A DNA stretch of 59,324 nucleotides from a virus (taxonomy: Duplodnaviria; Caudoviricetes), in the IMG/VR virus record IMGVR_UViG_3300045120_000032, positions 1 through 59,324 of that record. The stretch is one strand, 5' to 3'. Both the position numbers and the translations under genes were made by a program. Each line of letters opens with the position of its first letter. The first letter of the stretch is position 1. Shown here in pieces: positions 45,865-56,928 of this stretch. The notes beneath the pieces are model-generated. The model worked only from the letters and a program-made list of their open reading frames with translations, did not search any database and had not been told where the DNA came from.

Positions 45865-46671
45865 TTATGTGTATGTTGCAGCCAGAAATGAGATTGGAGA
45901 CAAAGTGAGAAACTGATTACCTCCACCGTTTTGAACAATTGCGCCACTTCCCTGCACATCTACACGACCTATCCCATTGTCAGTATTGACAGGGAAGATA
46001 TGCGATCCTCCTGCTGGTGTATACCCAGCTGGAAGATAGGCTATAAGTCCTGAGCCACCCTGAATGAGTCCATCCAAATGGACTACATTGGAACCATCCT
46101 TCCAGAATGTGGCACCAGCAAATCCTCCTCCGTAATTGCCCCATCCATTTGTAAGTCCCAAACCTTGTTGATATTCACACATGCCTTGACGAACCCAAGG
46201 TTGCCAAGCGCCACCTGAAGAGTAGCGTACCCATGAAATTACAGGAGTAGTCTGCATTGTCCAACAAATCTGTGTTGCCCAGCCACCATTCTGGTGTGTC
46301 ATGTGCATTACAAACAACCAGTCGCCACGTCCACCTGGAGCGTTGCCTAATGCTGCTCCGTTGTACCAACCGCTATCAGTGATGGCGTTCAAATCAGCGT
46401 TGTTCCAAACAGCCGTCAATCTGCTGATCGGGCCGTTCTGAGGTAGATCTGCTTGTGTGATGCCAGCCCAAACAGCCGCACCACCCACACCCTTAATCCA
46501 TTGTCCATTTACGACTGGTGTTGGAAGTCCTGGCCCTGCTGGGCCTGTAGCGCCTGCTGGGCCTGTTGGGCCTTGTGGCCCTACTATTCCAGGCCCAAGA
46601 GGTACCCACTGTGTTGTAGCAGGATCGGGCGTTGCTTGCGCTTCAACGTGTGGTTGATCGTTACTACTCAC
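45865..46671 (-). CDS. Tail fibre/receptor-binding protein 3 (pyocin-knob-like C-terminus)
   Basis: Shared N-terminal module, short collagen run, DLNAITDSGWY...WQPW. Confidence 0.75.
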   Translation of the reverse strand: MSSNDQPHVEAQATPDPATTQWVPLGPGIVGPQGPTGPAGATGPAGPGLPTPVVNGQWIKGVGGAAVWAGITQADLPQNGPISRLTAVWNNADLNAITDSGWYNGAALGNAPGGRGDWLFVMHMTHQNGGWATQICWTMQTTPVISWVRYSSGGAWQPWVRQGMCEYQQGLGLTNGWGNYGGGFAGATFWKDGSNVVHLDGLIQGGSGLIAYLPAGYTPAGGSHIFPVNTDNGIGRVDVQGSGAIVQNGGGNQFLTLSPISFLAATYT

Positions 46672-47918
46672 GATACCCTTATAGGCCAGACAGACATTGA
46701 TCGTCTCCTAAACTGAGAGTTACCACCATTCAACGACTTGTATTTCATCACCAGCGCAACAGCAGTAAAACCCGTCCTTGACATAAGCCGTGAGCAGTAG
46801 ACAGTAGAACCCATCACGGCTGTAGATGCATTATTGAAGGTAATGCTGTCGTTGTCGTTCGCCGCGATTGCACCTATATCGTAGGAGATACGAGCGATAT
46901 CGGATGGAGCCGCAGAGACATCTACACCGAGCGAGATGAGATAATCACCCGGCCTTGGTAGCGTGATTGAAGGGCCAGGAGTTGCTATTGCCACGTAGGT
47001 CGTGCTCGTAGTGCTCTCCAAGGCATCAACGCTACTTGATACTGGAGAGCCACCAATGAACTCCCACTTGTAGGCGCTCGTTGAAGTTGCGTTGTAACGA
47101 AATCTCCACTGATACGACGGATTCGTAGTGGAGTCAACGAAGATGGTTTCTTGTCCATTGGCCGGTGATGCTGGTAATGTGGTGCCATACCCAGGAGCGG
47201 TCGCAGCAGGAGTGCCAGGTACGCCCTGTGGCCCAGTTGGGCCAGCAGCACCTTCTATTTTCATCATTGAAAACTCTGGTGACCACTGACCCGTTGGCCC
47301 TACACCACCGCTGAGCACGTCGAGGTTCCCACCTGAATCCTGGTAGGCAAGCAGTTCTAGATAATCACCAGCCACAAGATCAACTACTTGTGCTCCACTA
47401 ACAGCAGGAGAAGATGCCATCACCGCAGTTTTGAAATACCCCAATGAGCCTGTGCCGTTCAAGCGGGGAAATACGTACCGTTGCACGCCACCAGCGGCTT
47501 GCGCGAACGCAGCGGTGGCGGTGACGACATATTTGCCAGCTGTACGACATGTCAATCGCGAGGTGTTAGTAACAGTGTCATGAATGTTGTCGGTGTCGAA
47601 GCGCTCGCTGTCGAAAGTGAGCACCGTCTCAACTCCGGTGGGAATCGTTTGATTCGTACTGCGAGAAACGTGACAACCAGGAGTAGTTGTTACTGGTAGT
47701 AGCGCCCAAGGAACGGGTGCTGTACTTGTGGGAGCTACACACAAGTACGCGATTCCATTGTAGATAGTAATGTCACCGTCGTAGTAGTTCGTAGCTGCAA
47801 CGAAATCACCACGATACCTGAAGTCAGGCATAGGCCCAGGCCCGACTGGTACCCAATTGGTAGTAGCCGGATTAGGCGAAGCCTGAGCCTCAACATGTGG
47901 TGTATCGTTACTACTCAT
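46668..47918 (-). CDS. Tail fibre/receptor-binding protein 2 (C1q-like domain)
   Basis: Shared modules; FDTDNIH...SRLTCRTAGKY...AGDYLEL. Confidence 0.75.
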   Translation of the reverse strand: MSSNDTPHVEAQASPNPATTNWVPVGPGPMPDFRYRGDFVAATNYYDGDITIYNGIAYLCVAPTSTAPVPWALLPVTTTPGCHVSRSTNQTIPTGVETVLTFDSERFDTDNIHDTVTNTSRLTCRTAGKYVVTATAAFAQAAGGVQRYVFPRLNGTGSLGYFKTAVMASSPAVSGAQVVDLVAGDYLELLAYQDSGGNLDVLSGGVGPTGQWSPEFSMMKIEGAAGPTGPQGVPGTPAATAPGYGTTLPASPANGQETIFVDSTTNPSYQWRFRYNATSTSAYKWEFIGGSPVSSSVDALESTTSTTYVAIATPGPSITLPRPGDYLISLGVDVSAAPSDIARISYDIGAIAANDNDSITFNNASTAVMGSTVYCSRLMSRTGFTAVALVMKYKSLNGGNSQFRRRSMSVWPIRVS

Positions 47919-48859
47919 TGTACCCGCCTCGGTGTGAGAGTGACGATGTTGTTCCCGAAAGTAACGCTGTTGCCCTGGTCTGACCGAACCTCAATCTGTA
48001 GTACCGTTCCGGCAGAGAACGGCGCCTGTGAAGCGCCAACTGTCGGGTATGTCGTGTAGTTGCCTGTCGAGCCAGACCCAACGCTGACTACGTTTACCTC
48101 ACCTGTTCCGTTCCATAGTGCGACGGTCAGGATGAATGCGCTAATCGGCCCACCTTGCATTTGTGTTGACCAGTCAACAATGTAGTCACCCGTTCTAGGA
48201 ACGGTCACGCCCGCGCCGCCTGGAATCAAAGTGCTCGATGAGGGGAACGTGACGTTGATTCCACCGAGGACAATGCTCTTGTACGGTGCCCCACCTATAA
48301 ACTCCCATTTGTACGGGCTGATCGACGCAGCGTTGTATCGAAACCTCCACTTCCATTGAGGGTTCGTGGTTGAATCAACGAGGATTGCTTCCTGTCCGTC
48401 GTAAGGACTAGCAGGAAAAGTTGTTGCATATGGAATGTTTGCTACATCTGCTGGAGTGATCGGACTCCATACCATTCCACCTGCTACACCTTTGAGCCAC
48501 TGGCCGTTTACTACTGGAGGTATTTGTACCCAAACTCCTGGTGACCACGGAGCAGGTGTGACACCCAATGTACCTTCTTTTACACACTGATATGTGTAAC
48601 CGTCTGGCCCTACAACGTAGTCACCATCGTGATAAGTTGTGCCTGCTGCGTAGTCACCACGATACGTGATGCTTGCGCCACCACCACTACCACCAGTAGG
48701 TGGTGCCCAAGTTGGAGCAGCACCATCTGTTGTGACTGTTAGAACTTTACTAGCTTGACCAGCAGTTGGTGGAAGTGCTGGCCCCTGCACAGGAACCCAC
48801 TTTGTCAAAGCAGGATCAGGTGCAGTTTGCGGATCTACTGTTACGTCTGTTTCACTCAT
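47915..48859 (-). CDS. Tail fibre/receptor-binding protein 1
   Basis: Shared modules with the neighbouring fibres; SD AGAGGA before MSETDV. Confidence 0.75.
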   Translation of the reverse strand: MSETDVTVDPQTAPDPALTKWVPVQGPALPPTAGQASKVLTVTTDGAAPTWAPPTGGSGGGASITYRGDYAAGTTYHDGDYVVGPDGYTYQCVKEGTLGVTPAPWSPGVWVQIPPVVNGQWLKGVAGGMVWSPITPADVANIPYATTFPASPYDGQEAILVDSTTNPQWKWRFRYNAASISPYKWEFIGGAPYKSIVLGGINVTFPSSSTLIPGGAGVTVPRTGDYIVDWSTQMQGGPISAFILTVALWNGTGEVNVVSVGSGSTGNYTTYPTVGASQAPFSAGTVLQIEVRSDQGNSVTFGNNIVTLTPRRVQ

Positions 48860-48925
48860 AATCAATCCTCTATGATCCAGGTCACGCCTGTCACTCAGGG
48901 ACAGCCAGTGGGTTGATTGTGTCAC

Positions 48926-50989
48926 TCATATCTTTGTAAATCTAATAAATGTGGGTGGTGTTGCGAGGCTCGTCCCAGCCCCCGCAGTTATGGTGGCCGT
49001 CCCGGCGATGTCCATCGCGCCGAGCGTATAAGTGTGTGACCCAGCTGTTGGCGTGAAGCGAATCCACCCGGTCATCGGGATTTGAAGCTGAGCCGTAGCC
49101 GTCCCAGCCTGGATCGCCTTGAAGAACCTGGTGATCTGCGTCCCACCCTCGTACAGTCCAACTCTGGTTTCTGAACCTGCCCCAACAGCAAGACATCCCA
49201 TAAATGCGTGTGCAAGAACGGGGCCACCGTCGAACGTGCGAGCAGGGCAAGTAATGATCGTCGTCGGGGCCGACTCGTTTGTCGAGGGTATGGTAGTCGT
49301 ACCAACCGTCAACTGATCGTAGCCTAGCTCAGTTCCGGGTGCTATTGCTGGCTCAGCAGTTACTTGTGTCCAGTGTGGACTACCAGTCGAGTCGTAGATG
49401 AACTCGACTACATCAGCGGAGTTGAGTGTTAGATCAGCGCTCTTGTTGAGCCAGAAATTCGTTCCGCTCCCACCCGCCATATTGTGGCGAATCACGGTAG
49501 GCGAGCCACCACTCAGGCGGATGACGAGCCTCGTTCCAGCACCGGCGGGTGGTGTGCCATATGAACGAATGCTCGACCCAGTGTTGACAGGTGCACACTC
49601 GTCGAACACGGTATGAGCACCGAGTCCAGGCCATGGAAGATCAATGTTCGCCCCAGTAAGTAGCGCGCCCGAGCCAGCTTTCACTCCAATGCCAGAGACG
49701 TCTGTAGCAGTGATAGGTGCCCATACTGCTGCACCACCTACACCCTTAATCCACTGACCATTTACTACAGGCTGTGGAATGCCCCATTGCCATGATCCAG
49801 ACCACGGAGATGGTGTAACACCTACAGTTCCTTCTGCAACACACTGGTAAGTTATGCCGTCAGGGCCAACAACATAATCACCATCGTGATACGTGTGGGC
49901 ATTGTCATACTGTCCCAAGTATGTGATCTGTGATCCACTAGCAGCAGGCGCTTGCCAAGCTGTCGCGTAATCAGTCGCGCTAGTCTTGGTAAGAATAGTT
50001 CCTGTCGTACCGCCTGCGGGTACTCCCACGCCTGCTGTACCTTGTGGCCCCTGTGAGCCTGTTGATCCTTGTGGCCCAGTATTACCTATTGGCCCCTGTG
50101 GGCCGGTCGGCCCTGGTACCGTACTGTCTGCGCCCTTTGGGCCTGTTGGCCCTTGTGGGCCTACTGCACCTTGTGGGCCTCCTGGGCCTGTTGCACCTGT
50201 ATTACCTATTGGGCCTTGTGGCCCTGTGCCGCCTTGTACTCCCTGTGCTCCTGTTGCGCCTGTATCACCCTTGTCACCCTTCGGGCCTTGTGGCCCTGTC
50301 GGGCCTGGTACTGGTGCGCTTGTTGCAAGCACCGACATATCGTTGTTGTTGCCTGGAAGCCCACCACCAGTATCAACAAGCGTAACAGGGAATGATACCC
50401 AAGTACCTTGATCTACAGCAGCCTGAGTAACCTTGTATTTACCCCATCTTGTCGAGTCACCAGCTACCTGGAGATACAAGTGGTCGTCAGGCTCAATCTG
50501 AAACAACACAGCCGAGACATCCGAGTTAGCTTTGTTATCCTTTGAGATGTTGATTTGTGTGGCTGTGTTCCATGCACCAGTATTGATTCCCACACGACCA
50601 GACGCAGCAGCAGTTGTAAGTGAGGTTGTCCAGACAAACGTACCAGTGACGATTGCACCGCCACCACCAGTTGGAGGATCAACCCAAACAACTTTACCGT
50701 CTTGACCTATGGGAATCTTGCCTTCTTCAACGTATGGCAGGTTTCCCCACTTTACTACAGTCAAACGTCCGCTGTCATCCATGACAACGATGCACGCATC
50801 TCCCGTTTGTGGAAGCGTGATGTTGTCTTTTGGTGCCCACTCACAATTTTCCCACCGCAAGTCCTCACTGAGTCCAGGAACTACTACAGAAATGGTATCA
50901 GTCATATCAACCGCGTCTGTAGTAATCACGCCCTGCAATACTCTCTGAGGTACTGCTGTCGGATCTGTGGCATCACGGAGATAAGTCAT
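48926..50989 (-). CDS. Baseplate spike (gpV/gp5 OB-fold-like) fused to a collagen fibre and receptor-binding domains
   Basis: N-terminal V.VP...LPQTGD.C.V motif; about 30 Gly-X-Y repeats; position after the hub gene. Confidence 0.7.
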   Translation of the reverse strand: MTYLRDATDPTAVPQRVLQGVITTDAVDMTDTISVVVPGLSEDLRWENCEWAPKDNITLPQTGDACIVVMDDSGRLTVVKWGNLPYVEEGKIPIGQDGKVVWVDPPTGGGGAIVTGTFVWTTSLTTAAASGRVGINTGAWNTATQINISKDNKANSDVSAVLFQIEPDDHLYLQVAGDSTRWGKYKVTQAAVDQGTWVSFPVTLVDTGGGLPGNNNDMSVLATSAPVPGPTGPQGPKGDKGDTGATGAQGVQGGTGPQGPIGNTGATGPGGPQGAVGPQGPTGPKGADSTVPGPTGPQGPIGNTGPQGSTGSQGPQGTAGVGVPAGGTTGTILTKTSATDYATAWQAPAASGSQITYLGQYDNAHTYHDGDYVVGPDGITYQCVAEGTVGVTPSPWSGSWQWGIPQPVVNGQWIKGVGGAAVWAPITATDVSGIGVKAGSGALLTGANIDLPWPGLGAHTVFDECAPVNTGSSIRSYGTPPAGAGTRLVIRLSGGSPTVIRHNMAGGSGTNFWLNKSADLTLNSADVVEFIYDSTGSPHWTQVTAEPAIAPGTELGYDQLTVGTTTIPSTNESAPTTIITCPARTFDGGPVLAHAFMGCLAVGAGSETRVGLYEGGTQITRFFKAIQAGTATAQLQIPMTGWIRFTPTAGSHTYTLGAMDIAGTATITAGAGTSLATPPTFIRFTKI

Positions 50990-53064
50990 GTGAGGTAAGT
51001 CCTAATCATCGCTGGAACTGGAGAGCTTGCAGAATACACGCGAGGGCCGGCCTCACTACCACAGCTAGCCACCAAACCATCACCAATATTAACTGTCACA
51101 TGGTGGAAGTCTGGAGGATCACCGTAGAACTGAAGATCACCAGGCTTAGCGACACTCACTTCTTTCCCATGCTTGGCTAGAGTTCCTGTGAAGCCATCAC
51201 CGTTGTAGGCACTTCCATTCGGATCAGGCGCACCGGCCTCTTTGTAGCAGAGTGTGACAAACGCTGAACAGTCGAGCGCGCTGTGAGCATCTGCGCTCCA
51301 TAGACTATCAGGGATAGGACGTGCGGAACTACCGCCACCACCCTCATCACCCGGATAGTGGTAATGCCACGTCTTGTTGACTTCCACGGCTTTCTTGGCA
51401 GCTACGACAATCGCGCTGTAATCGCCAGTACCGATGTAGTTCAGATCATTCTGACCTGCCTTAGTTGAGACAGGCTTGGGAACCCACGTAGGATTAACGT
51501 CTGTCTTGTTACCACCCTTGGGGTTAGGCTCGGGAAGCCCAGGACGCTCACGTGCTAGAGTGATAGTGGCTTGCGAGTCAAATAGGCTACGCTCGAAATC
51601 TGACACTAGCCACCTACCATCCCACGGCCCCATATCCTCGACAACTACCAGGCGTCCAGGCGGTACCTGCCATCTACCAACGTCGGCAGTTACAGTGAGA
51701 GCAGCAGAGTCCTTGTGTTCGTAGAAGTTCCCATCTACGTTGATGATCCCATCACTCCACTCATTCATGGTGAACGCTGGTTGCTGCTTGATTAGATCAT
51801 CCTCGCTGATGTAGTAGAACGTGCCGCTCACGAAAAACGCTCGCCAGTTTACATCATCTGCTAGACGCTGGATACAAGTCCAAGTGTTCTCGGGCTTGCG
51901 AATCTTCTGACCCAGGCGGTTGTCAATATTTCCACGGTAGTAGTAGAACTGACCACCGGCGCCTAGATCGTTGTACGAGCCATTTGCCTCGGCGCCAGAC
52001 GTTTCAGTCAAACCACCGACAATACCAGCAGCCGTCACAATCCTGTCAGCCCTCTCTTGGAACTGTCCATAAGCGTAGGGAGTACCGCTGATTTGAACGC
52101 CCTGACAAAGATCGTTGAGACTGACGTGTGGGTATTTCGTATCATAGTCGATTGCCTGGTTGTAGTACAGTCGTGCGGAAGTCTCGGGATTCATACGATC
52201 TTCTGTAGAACCCCAACTGTCTCGTTGCTGGAATAGTCCCACACTGTCACGATCGCCGTAGTTGACGTTGACAAGATTACTCTCATCGATAGCTGTCATA
52301 ATCGCGGAGACTATGACCTTACGATTGGCCTTCATCTGTTGACCCACACCGACAATCGTTCTGGCGTTTTGAAGCTGCTCTTTATTCAGAGCTACGTTGT
52401 CTCGCGCTACGAGCGGTGTCTTGTTTACCCACGAAGTGCTAGGAGTAGGGGCTTGCTTGCTTGCAGGATCTTGCGCGAGTCCTGCGCGTTTGTACATCGT
52501 TGCGTCAATACCTTTGCTGTCGTTGTCGTATCGTTGCAAAGGCTGGACTGTGTGGAGTTCAGGAATCACCACGGGAATCTTGAACTCTTTGACTTCCGAG
52601 ATAAGACTCATGATGAACTCTGCGCGTGTCATCTTATCACGACTCGCAACCTTCCACGAATCGTAAGAGCGCAGCACAGCGATCTCTCTATCCTCAAACG
52701 TGAGAGTCAGTTCGTCACCTGACTTGTCTACTCCCATCAGCCGGAACCATAGACCATCAACAGTCACGTCAAGCTTGTTGTACAGGTAACCTGACGTAAG
52801 CACAGCCCTGTCGTGATCGTCGAGTGTCACAGTGAGTGTGGAGGATGCGTCCATCGTGCGACTGATAGAAGCATCAGTAATGCGATCACCCACGTCAAAT
52901 CTGATTTGACTAGACAGGTAGACGGCGAGCTTGTCAATCCCGACATCAACACCCATCAACTCCTGCTGAACTGTCTTAGCTGTAACTTGAGACAGCTCTA
53001 GCTTACGGCGAGCCGATTGGGTAGTCGTGATCTTCTTGGGCTTTTCGGGGACTGTTGTGCTCAT
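50986..53064 (-). CDS. Baseplate hub with lysozyme-like and NlpC/P60 domains
   Basis: AIDESNL...[13 protein letters not shown]; DCSAFV...PGDL...HV. Confidence 0.8.
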   Translation of the reverse strand: MSTTVPEKPKKITTTQSARRKLELSQVTAKTVQQELMGVDVGIDKLAVYLSSQIRFDVGDRITDASISRTMDASSTLTVTLDDHDRAVLTSGYLYNKLDVTVDGLWFRLMGVDKSGDELTLTFEDREIAVLRSYDSWKVASRDKMTRAEFIMSLISEVKEFKIPVVIPELHTVQPLQRYDNDSKGIDATMYKRAGLAQDPASKQAPTPSTSWVNKTPLVARDNVALNKEQLQNARTIVGVGQQMKANRKVIVSAIMTAIDESNLVNVNYGDRDSVGLFQQRDSWGSTEDRMNPETSARLYYNQAIDYDTKYPHVSLNDLCQGVQISGTPYAYGQFQERADRIVTAAGIVGGLTETSGAEANGSYNDLGAGGQFYYYRGNIDNRLGQKIRKPENTWTCIQRLADDVNWRAFFVSGTFYYISEDDLIKQQPAFTMNEWSDGIINVDGNFYEHKDSAALTVTADVGRWQVPPGRLVVVEDMGPWDGRWLVSDFERSLFDSQATITLARERPGLPEPNPKGGNKTDVNPTWVPKPVSTKAGQNDLNYIGTGDYSAIVVAAKKAVEVNKTWHYHYPGDEGGGGSSARPIPDSLWSADAHSALDCSAFVTLCYKEAGAPDPNGSAYNGDGFTGTLAKHGKEVSVAKPGDLQFYGDPPDFHHVTVNIGDGLVASCGSEAGPRVYSASSPVPAMIRTYLT

Positions 53065-53799
53065 CTACTTTACTGGCCCTTGTGGGCCTGCTGGCCCTGG
53101 TGTACCTGGCGTACCAATCGGGCCTACGACTGTTCCCTTGATTGGCAGATTGAATGGACTACTTGGAATGATGAGATGCTCACCAGTCTTGACAGCCTTG
53201 CTATCTCTTTTCCCGTTTGCCCGAATGATTGCATTCACCGAAGTGTTGAAATCATTGGCGATGTTTTGAAGAGTCTGCTCTGCCTTCAAGACGATAGAGA
53301 CTCCACTATTGGGAGCACTCACTTGAAGAATCTTCGGCTGGATATACTGTAGCAGATGCAGAACAGCGTCCTGCCTAAGACGGTACCCAGCTCCGTGGTA
53401 CTCTCCCATTCTGTCACTTGAGGTATTTGACCAGAGAACCATATCTCCCCAATCAATCCCTTCCATTACCCATGTACCACCCTTGACTGGAAGCGCCCCG
53501 TCTACAAAAACCTGCACAGGGGGTACTAGATCACCAGGTGATTGACGCATGTTGTTCAACAGAGCTACGTCATGTTCAACACTGATGTTCCTCATCCAAC
53601 CGTCAAGCAGGATAGACACGTCCATTCTATACGGGTCGTCACCATCCCACTGGACTGTTGATCTACGACGTGCTCTATTCACGACGTTGTATCTTGCGCC
53701 ACCACTGACAAGCTTGGGGCTACTATCCCCGCGCCAACACATCACGCTTGCGCCGTTTGTGGCACGAATGAGATAGTATTTGTTAGCGTCTAGCTGCAT
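53065..53799 (-). CDS. LysM-domain tail tube initiator-like protein
   Basis: TLQNIA..F.TSV..I..AN......GE.L.IP; follows the tape measure gene. Confidence 0.75.
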   Translation of the reverse strand: MQLDANKYYLIRATNGASVMCWRGDSSPKLVSGGARYNVVNRARRRSTVQWDGDDPYRMDVSILLDGWMRNISVEHDVALLNNMRQSPGDLVPPVQVFVDGALPVKGGTWVMEGIDWGDMVLWSNTSSDRMGEYHGAGYRLRQDAVLHLLQYIQPKILQVSAPNSGVSIVLKAEQTLQNIANDFNTSVNAIIRANGKRDSKAVKTGEHLIIPSSPFNLPIKGTVVGPIGTPGTPGPAGPQGPVK

Positions 53800-56050
53800 A
53801 ATCCTGGTTGGCTCTCGCCACTCCCTGTGCAAGCACTTTGCGATCCAACATTACTTGCACCACGATTGGTCTGTCATGCCCTCCGCCTTCTCTTGAATAT
53901 CCAATCGGTCGTACATCACCAAGTCTGTTGTTGGGTATCACATTTGAACCACCTGGCAGGTTCACAATCTCTGGGCCTTTCTCACCAACTATCACAGAGC
54001 CACCACCAAAGACAGGCCCACCTTGCGCTCTCTTAGTAGCGTGAACATCAGACGTGGTAGCCCAATGAGCAGCACTACCAATGGCGTGCATTATCGAACC
54101 CAGGAATGGGATATGACTTGGGATCTTCTTTATCCAGTGAATGACCGACTTGATTGCGCCAATCGAAGCATTGATCGCACTAGTAAAGAATCCCCAGGCT
54201 GCACCCACATCTTCAACTATCCCGATTAGGACGTTTAGACCTGGAACGAAGGACAGAAATACTTTCCAGTACCTCTGTATAATCCAGATCGAGTGGTTGA
54301 CTAGATCATGGAACCATTGCCACTTCCTGTACATCAGGATGAGTCCACCAATGACGGCACCAATTAGTAGTGGAACCCAAATCCACTCGATGTTCGCTGC
54401 GACGAATAGCCATACTGCTGATGTTGCACCGGCAAACAACGGGACTAGTGCGCCTACTTCAGTACCAAGTTGTGCAATAGCAAGTCTCAGTCCACCTGCC
54501 TTGAATACAGCAGAGACACGTCCCATTGATGCAGCAAATCTAGAAGCTGCTACTGCATCAAACACTTTGGAGAGGGGCCTTGACAACGCTGCGAGTGCTC
54601 CGACGTTTTGTGGCACTTCTTTCTCCATACTTCGAGCGGCACCACCAGTCAATACAACTGGGCCTTCGTATGTACTTACAGTCTTTGTGGCGTTGGCCCA
54701 CTTCCTCCATTTACTGATTAGACCTACTCCACCTTCTGTACCCAACAGAAGGTCTTGAAGCTTCATAACTGCCGTAACTGCGATAATTGCGCCACGGAGT
54801 CCGTACATCGTTGCTCTAACAAGATCGACTACCACGCGATAGCTGCCCCAAAGGGTAGTACCGATGATAATGAAACCAGCCAGAATACCCAGCCCAATAC
54901 CAAGCGCCTTAGCTGCCAGATGATTGGCACCGAAGAGACTACCCATGTAATCGAGTGGCCTCAGTAGAAGCTGGATACTCTTGAGCAACACCCCAAGGAA
55001 GATGATTACCGTCTTTAGGGTTGTGCTAAACGTGATGAACAGGTTGATGAGGATATGGGTATTCGGAGATAGCTGTCTATCCATTGCAGTAGCTACCTCC
55101 AGCAGAGTCACTGGCTTACCATGCTCTGACATTTTACCCAACTCAGCGTTGACTCCGGTAATCTTCTTTTGAATCAAAGCGAAGATACCAGTTGATTGGC
55201 TAGCACCGCCAATCGCCATACCGGAGGCTTGAGCAATGTAGTCCTTGAGTGAGCTAGCTGCTCCACCCAGCGTGAGGTTTGCCTGCCTGAACGCTGCGCC
55301 AGCAATACCTGGCGTACTCTTAGAATACTTGATGAGCGCCATGAGTACGTCACGTGCAGGAATACCCGCTTTGCCGATGTTCTGCAACTGCTCCGATGTC
55401 AGCCCAAGTTCCTTTTGTAGAGCAGGCTGTAGCTGTAGACCGTCGCGAGCAAGCTGCAATACAGCCTGTCCTGTCAGATGTCCCACGTTAGCCATGTGCG
55501 TGAGTGCCGTTGAAACTCTGGTGAGTGATGCTGGCGTCACCCTACCTGTTGCTGAGAGGTTATCGGTGATAGCCAGGATCGTGTCATTCAGAGTTCCGAT
55601 ACTCACGTGGAACGGCTTGAATCCAATGTACATCTGACGGAACGCTTGCGTGACGTCTTTGACCTGGAACGGCGTCTTAGCTGCAATCAGGAACAAGCTT
55701 TGCAGCTCTGCATTTAGAACTCTCTGAGGCTTGATTACTTGGTTCAACGCGACGTTGGCAGATTGCATCGCGTTGTTATACGCAAAGCCCATCTTGACAA
55801 CTTCTGCCGTGAGTCCAATAGCACCTAGCGTAGTGTAGAACATCGCACGTCTTGCTGTGAACAACAACTGGTTCTGCAAGAACGAACGTTTGTTGGTTTC
55901 CGCCATCGCCCTACCAAGCTGCTGATTAGCGGCAGCGTTGGCTTTTGTAGCTAGCCCAGCCTTCTCCATTTCGGCGCGGTACTTCGGCCCACCAAGCAGG
56001 TAGAGTTTGACTAGGATCTGTTGTGTAGATGAGAGACTACCGAATCCCAT
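53783..56050 (-). CDS. Tape measure protein
   Basis: AAKTPFQ tape-measure motif, hydrophobic repeats, C-terminal GG.V...VGEKGPE. Confidence 0.9.
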   Translation of the reverse strand: MGFGSLSSTQQILVKLYLLGGPKYRAEMEKAGLATKANAAANQQLGRAMAETNKRSFLQNQLLFTARRAMFYTTLGAIGLTAEVVKMGFAYNNAMQSANVALNQVIKPQRVLNAELQSLFLIAAKTPFQVKDVTQAFRQMYIGFKPFHVSIGTLNDTILAITDNLSATGRVTPASLTRVSTALTHMANVGHLTGQAVLQLARDGLQLQPALQKELGLTSEQLQNIGKAGIPARDVLMALIKYSKSTPGIAGAAFRQANLTLGGAASSLKDYIAQASGMAIGGASQSTGIFALIQKKITGVNAELGKMSEHGKPVTLLEVATAMDRQLSPNTHILINLFITFSTTLKTVIIFLGVLLKSIQLLLRPLDYMGSLFGANHLAAKALGIGLGILAGFIIIGTTLWGSYRVVVDLVRATMYGLRGAIIAVTAVMKLQDLLLGTEGGVGLISKWRKWANATKTVSTYEGPVVLTGGAARSMEKEVPQNVGALAALSRPLSKVFDAVAASRFAASMGRVSAVFKAGGLRLAIAQLGTEVGALVPLFAGATSAVWLFVAANIEWIWVPLLIGAVIGGLILMYRKWQWFHDLVNHSIWIIQRYWKVFLSFVPGLNVLIGIVEDVGAAWGFFTSAINASIGAIKSVIHWIKKIPSHIPFLGSIMHAIGSAAHWATTSDVHATKRAQGGPVFGGGSVIVGEKGPEIVNLPGGSNVIPNNRLGDVRPIGYSREGGGHDRPIVVQVMLDRKVLAQGVARANQDYAARR

Positions 56051-56057
56051 TGCTCTC

Positions 56058-56264
56058 CTACTTGAACAGTTTGCCCACGTTGTTGGCGATGTCGATTGCT
56101 AGGTTGTGATCCATGTCACGCTTCTTTTCGTAGACTTTCCTACCAACTTCCATCATGAAGTTCCTCTCTGTATCGTCACGTGTGTAGAGAAACTTCATGG
56201 AGTCCAGACCGAGAGCACCCAACTGAGCTGCGGTGTCTATAAGTTCACTCAGTTGGGCACTCAT
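56058..56264 (-). CDS. Tail assembly chaperone, second ORF (probable -1 frameshift extension)
   Basis: Lies in the -1 frame relative to 56261..56899 at GGGGGAA. Confidence 0.7.
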   Translation of the reverse strand: MSAQLSELIDTAAQLGALGLDSMKFLYTRDDTERNFMMEVGRKVYEKKRDMDHNLAIDIANNVGKLFK

Positions 56265-56899
56265 TCCCCCACTTGCCAGATTTCCAGGTTGAGGTCTGCC
56301 TTGGTATTCTGCAACCAACGCTGTAGATCGAAAGCGTGTGTGATGATGGCAAGCTCGTTATCACCAAACAGCTTCCTGATTACTGCACGTGCTGTGGTAT
56401 CTGCATCGAGTTCCATTCCCAACATCTGAGCCAGAGTTGTATCGAATCCACACGGCTCACCGACTTCATCGGGATCAAGCATTACAGGTTCAGACACGTC
56501 CTCAGGCTGGACAAACAATCCATCGCACAACAGGATCATCGTGTCCATTGCTCCGTAGAGATTCCGTGAGTACGTGTCCTTGTACTGCCTGTTGATCTTG
56601 GTAGAGATGATTTCCAGTTCCTTACCTGACTCAGCCATCCTGTAGCGGATCTGTAGTCCTGTCTTTTCATATCCCTTGACGGCGATAAAGACGGACTTTG
56701 TTTCAGCAAGTTCACGCTGTTCTTGCTTGAACAGATCCACGATAGATGGCGTGGAAAGCGCCCCCTGTGCTCCCAACCCCGGCACAGGGGGTGTAGCATC
56801 TTCGTCGTTACTTGCCCCATTCGTAACCAGGGTAGACTCTTCCGCTTCCTTGATTGTCTCAGTTACCCCAGCATTGGGGGGCCATGCTTCATCTGCCAT
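56261..56899 (-). CDS. Tail assembly chaperone
   Basis: Between tube and tape measure genes; ends at a slippery site. Confidence 0.75.
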   Translation of the reverse strand: MADEAWPPNAGVTETIKEAEESTLVTNGASNDEDATPPVPGLGAQGALSTPSIVDLFKQEQRELAETKSVFIAVKGYEKTGLQIRYRMAESGKELEIISTKINRQYKDTYSRNLYGAMDTMILLCDGLFVQPEDVSEPVMLDPDEVGEPCGFDTTLAQMLGMELDADTTARAVIRKLFGDNELAIITHAFDLQRWLQNTKADLNLEIWQVGE

Positions 56900-56928
56900 G
56901 ACTCTCTCCTTTCATAGCAGCTAGTGTG

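Noticed and set aside
50030-50310. Tandem DNA repeats in the spike gene
   Set aside because: Explained by collagen Gly-X-Y coding.
45865-50989. Diversity-generating retroelement or invertase shufflon in the fibre genes
   Set aside because: No reverse transcriptase or recombinase, no adenine-specific TR/VR pair, and all cassettes are co-oriented.
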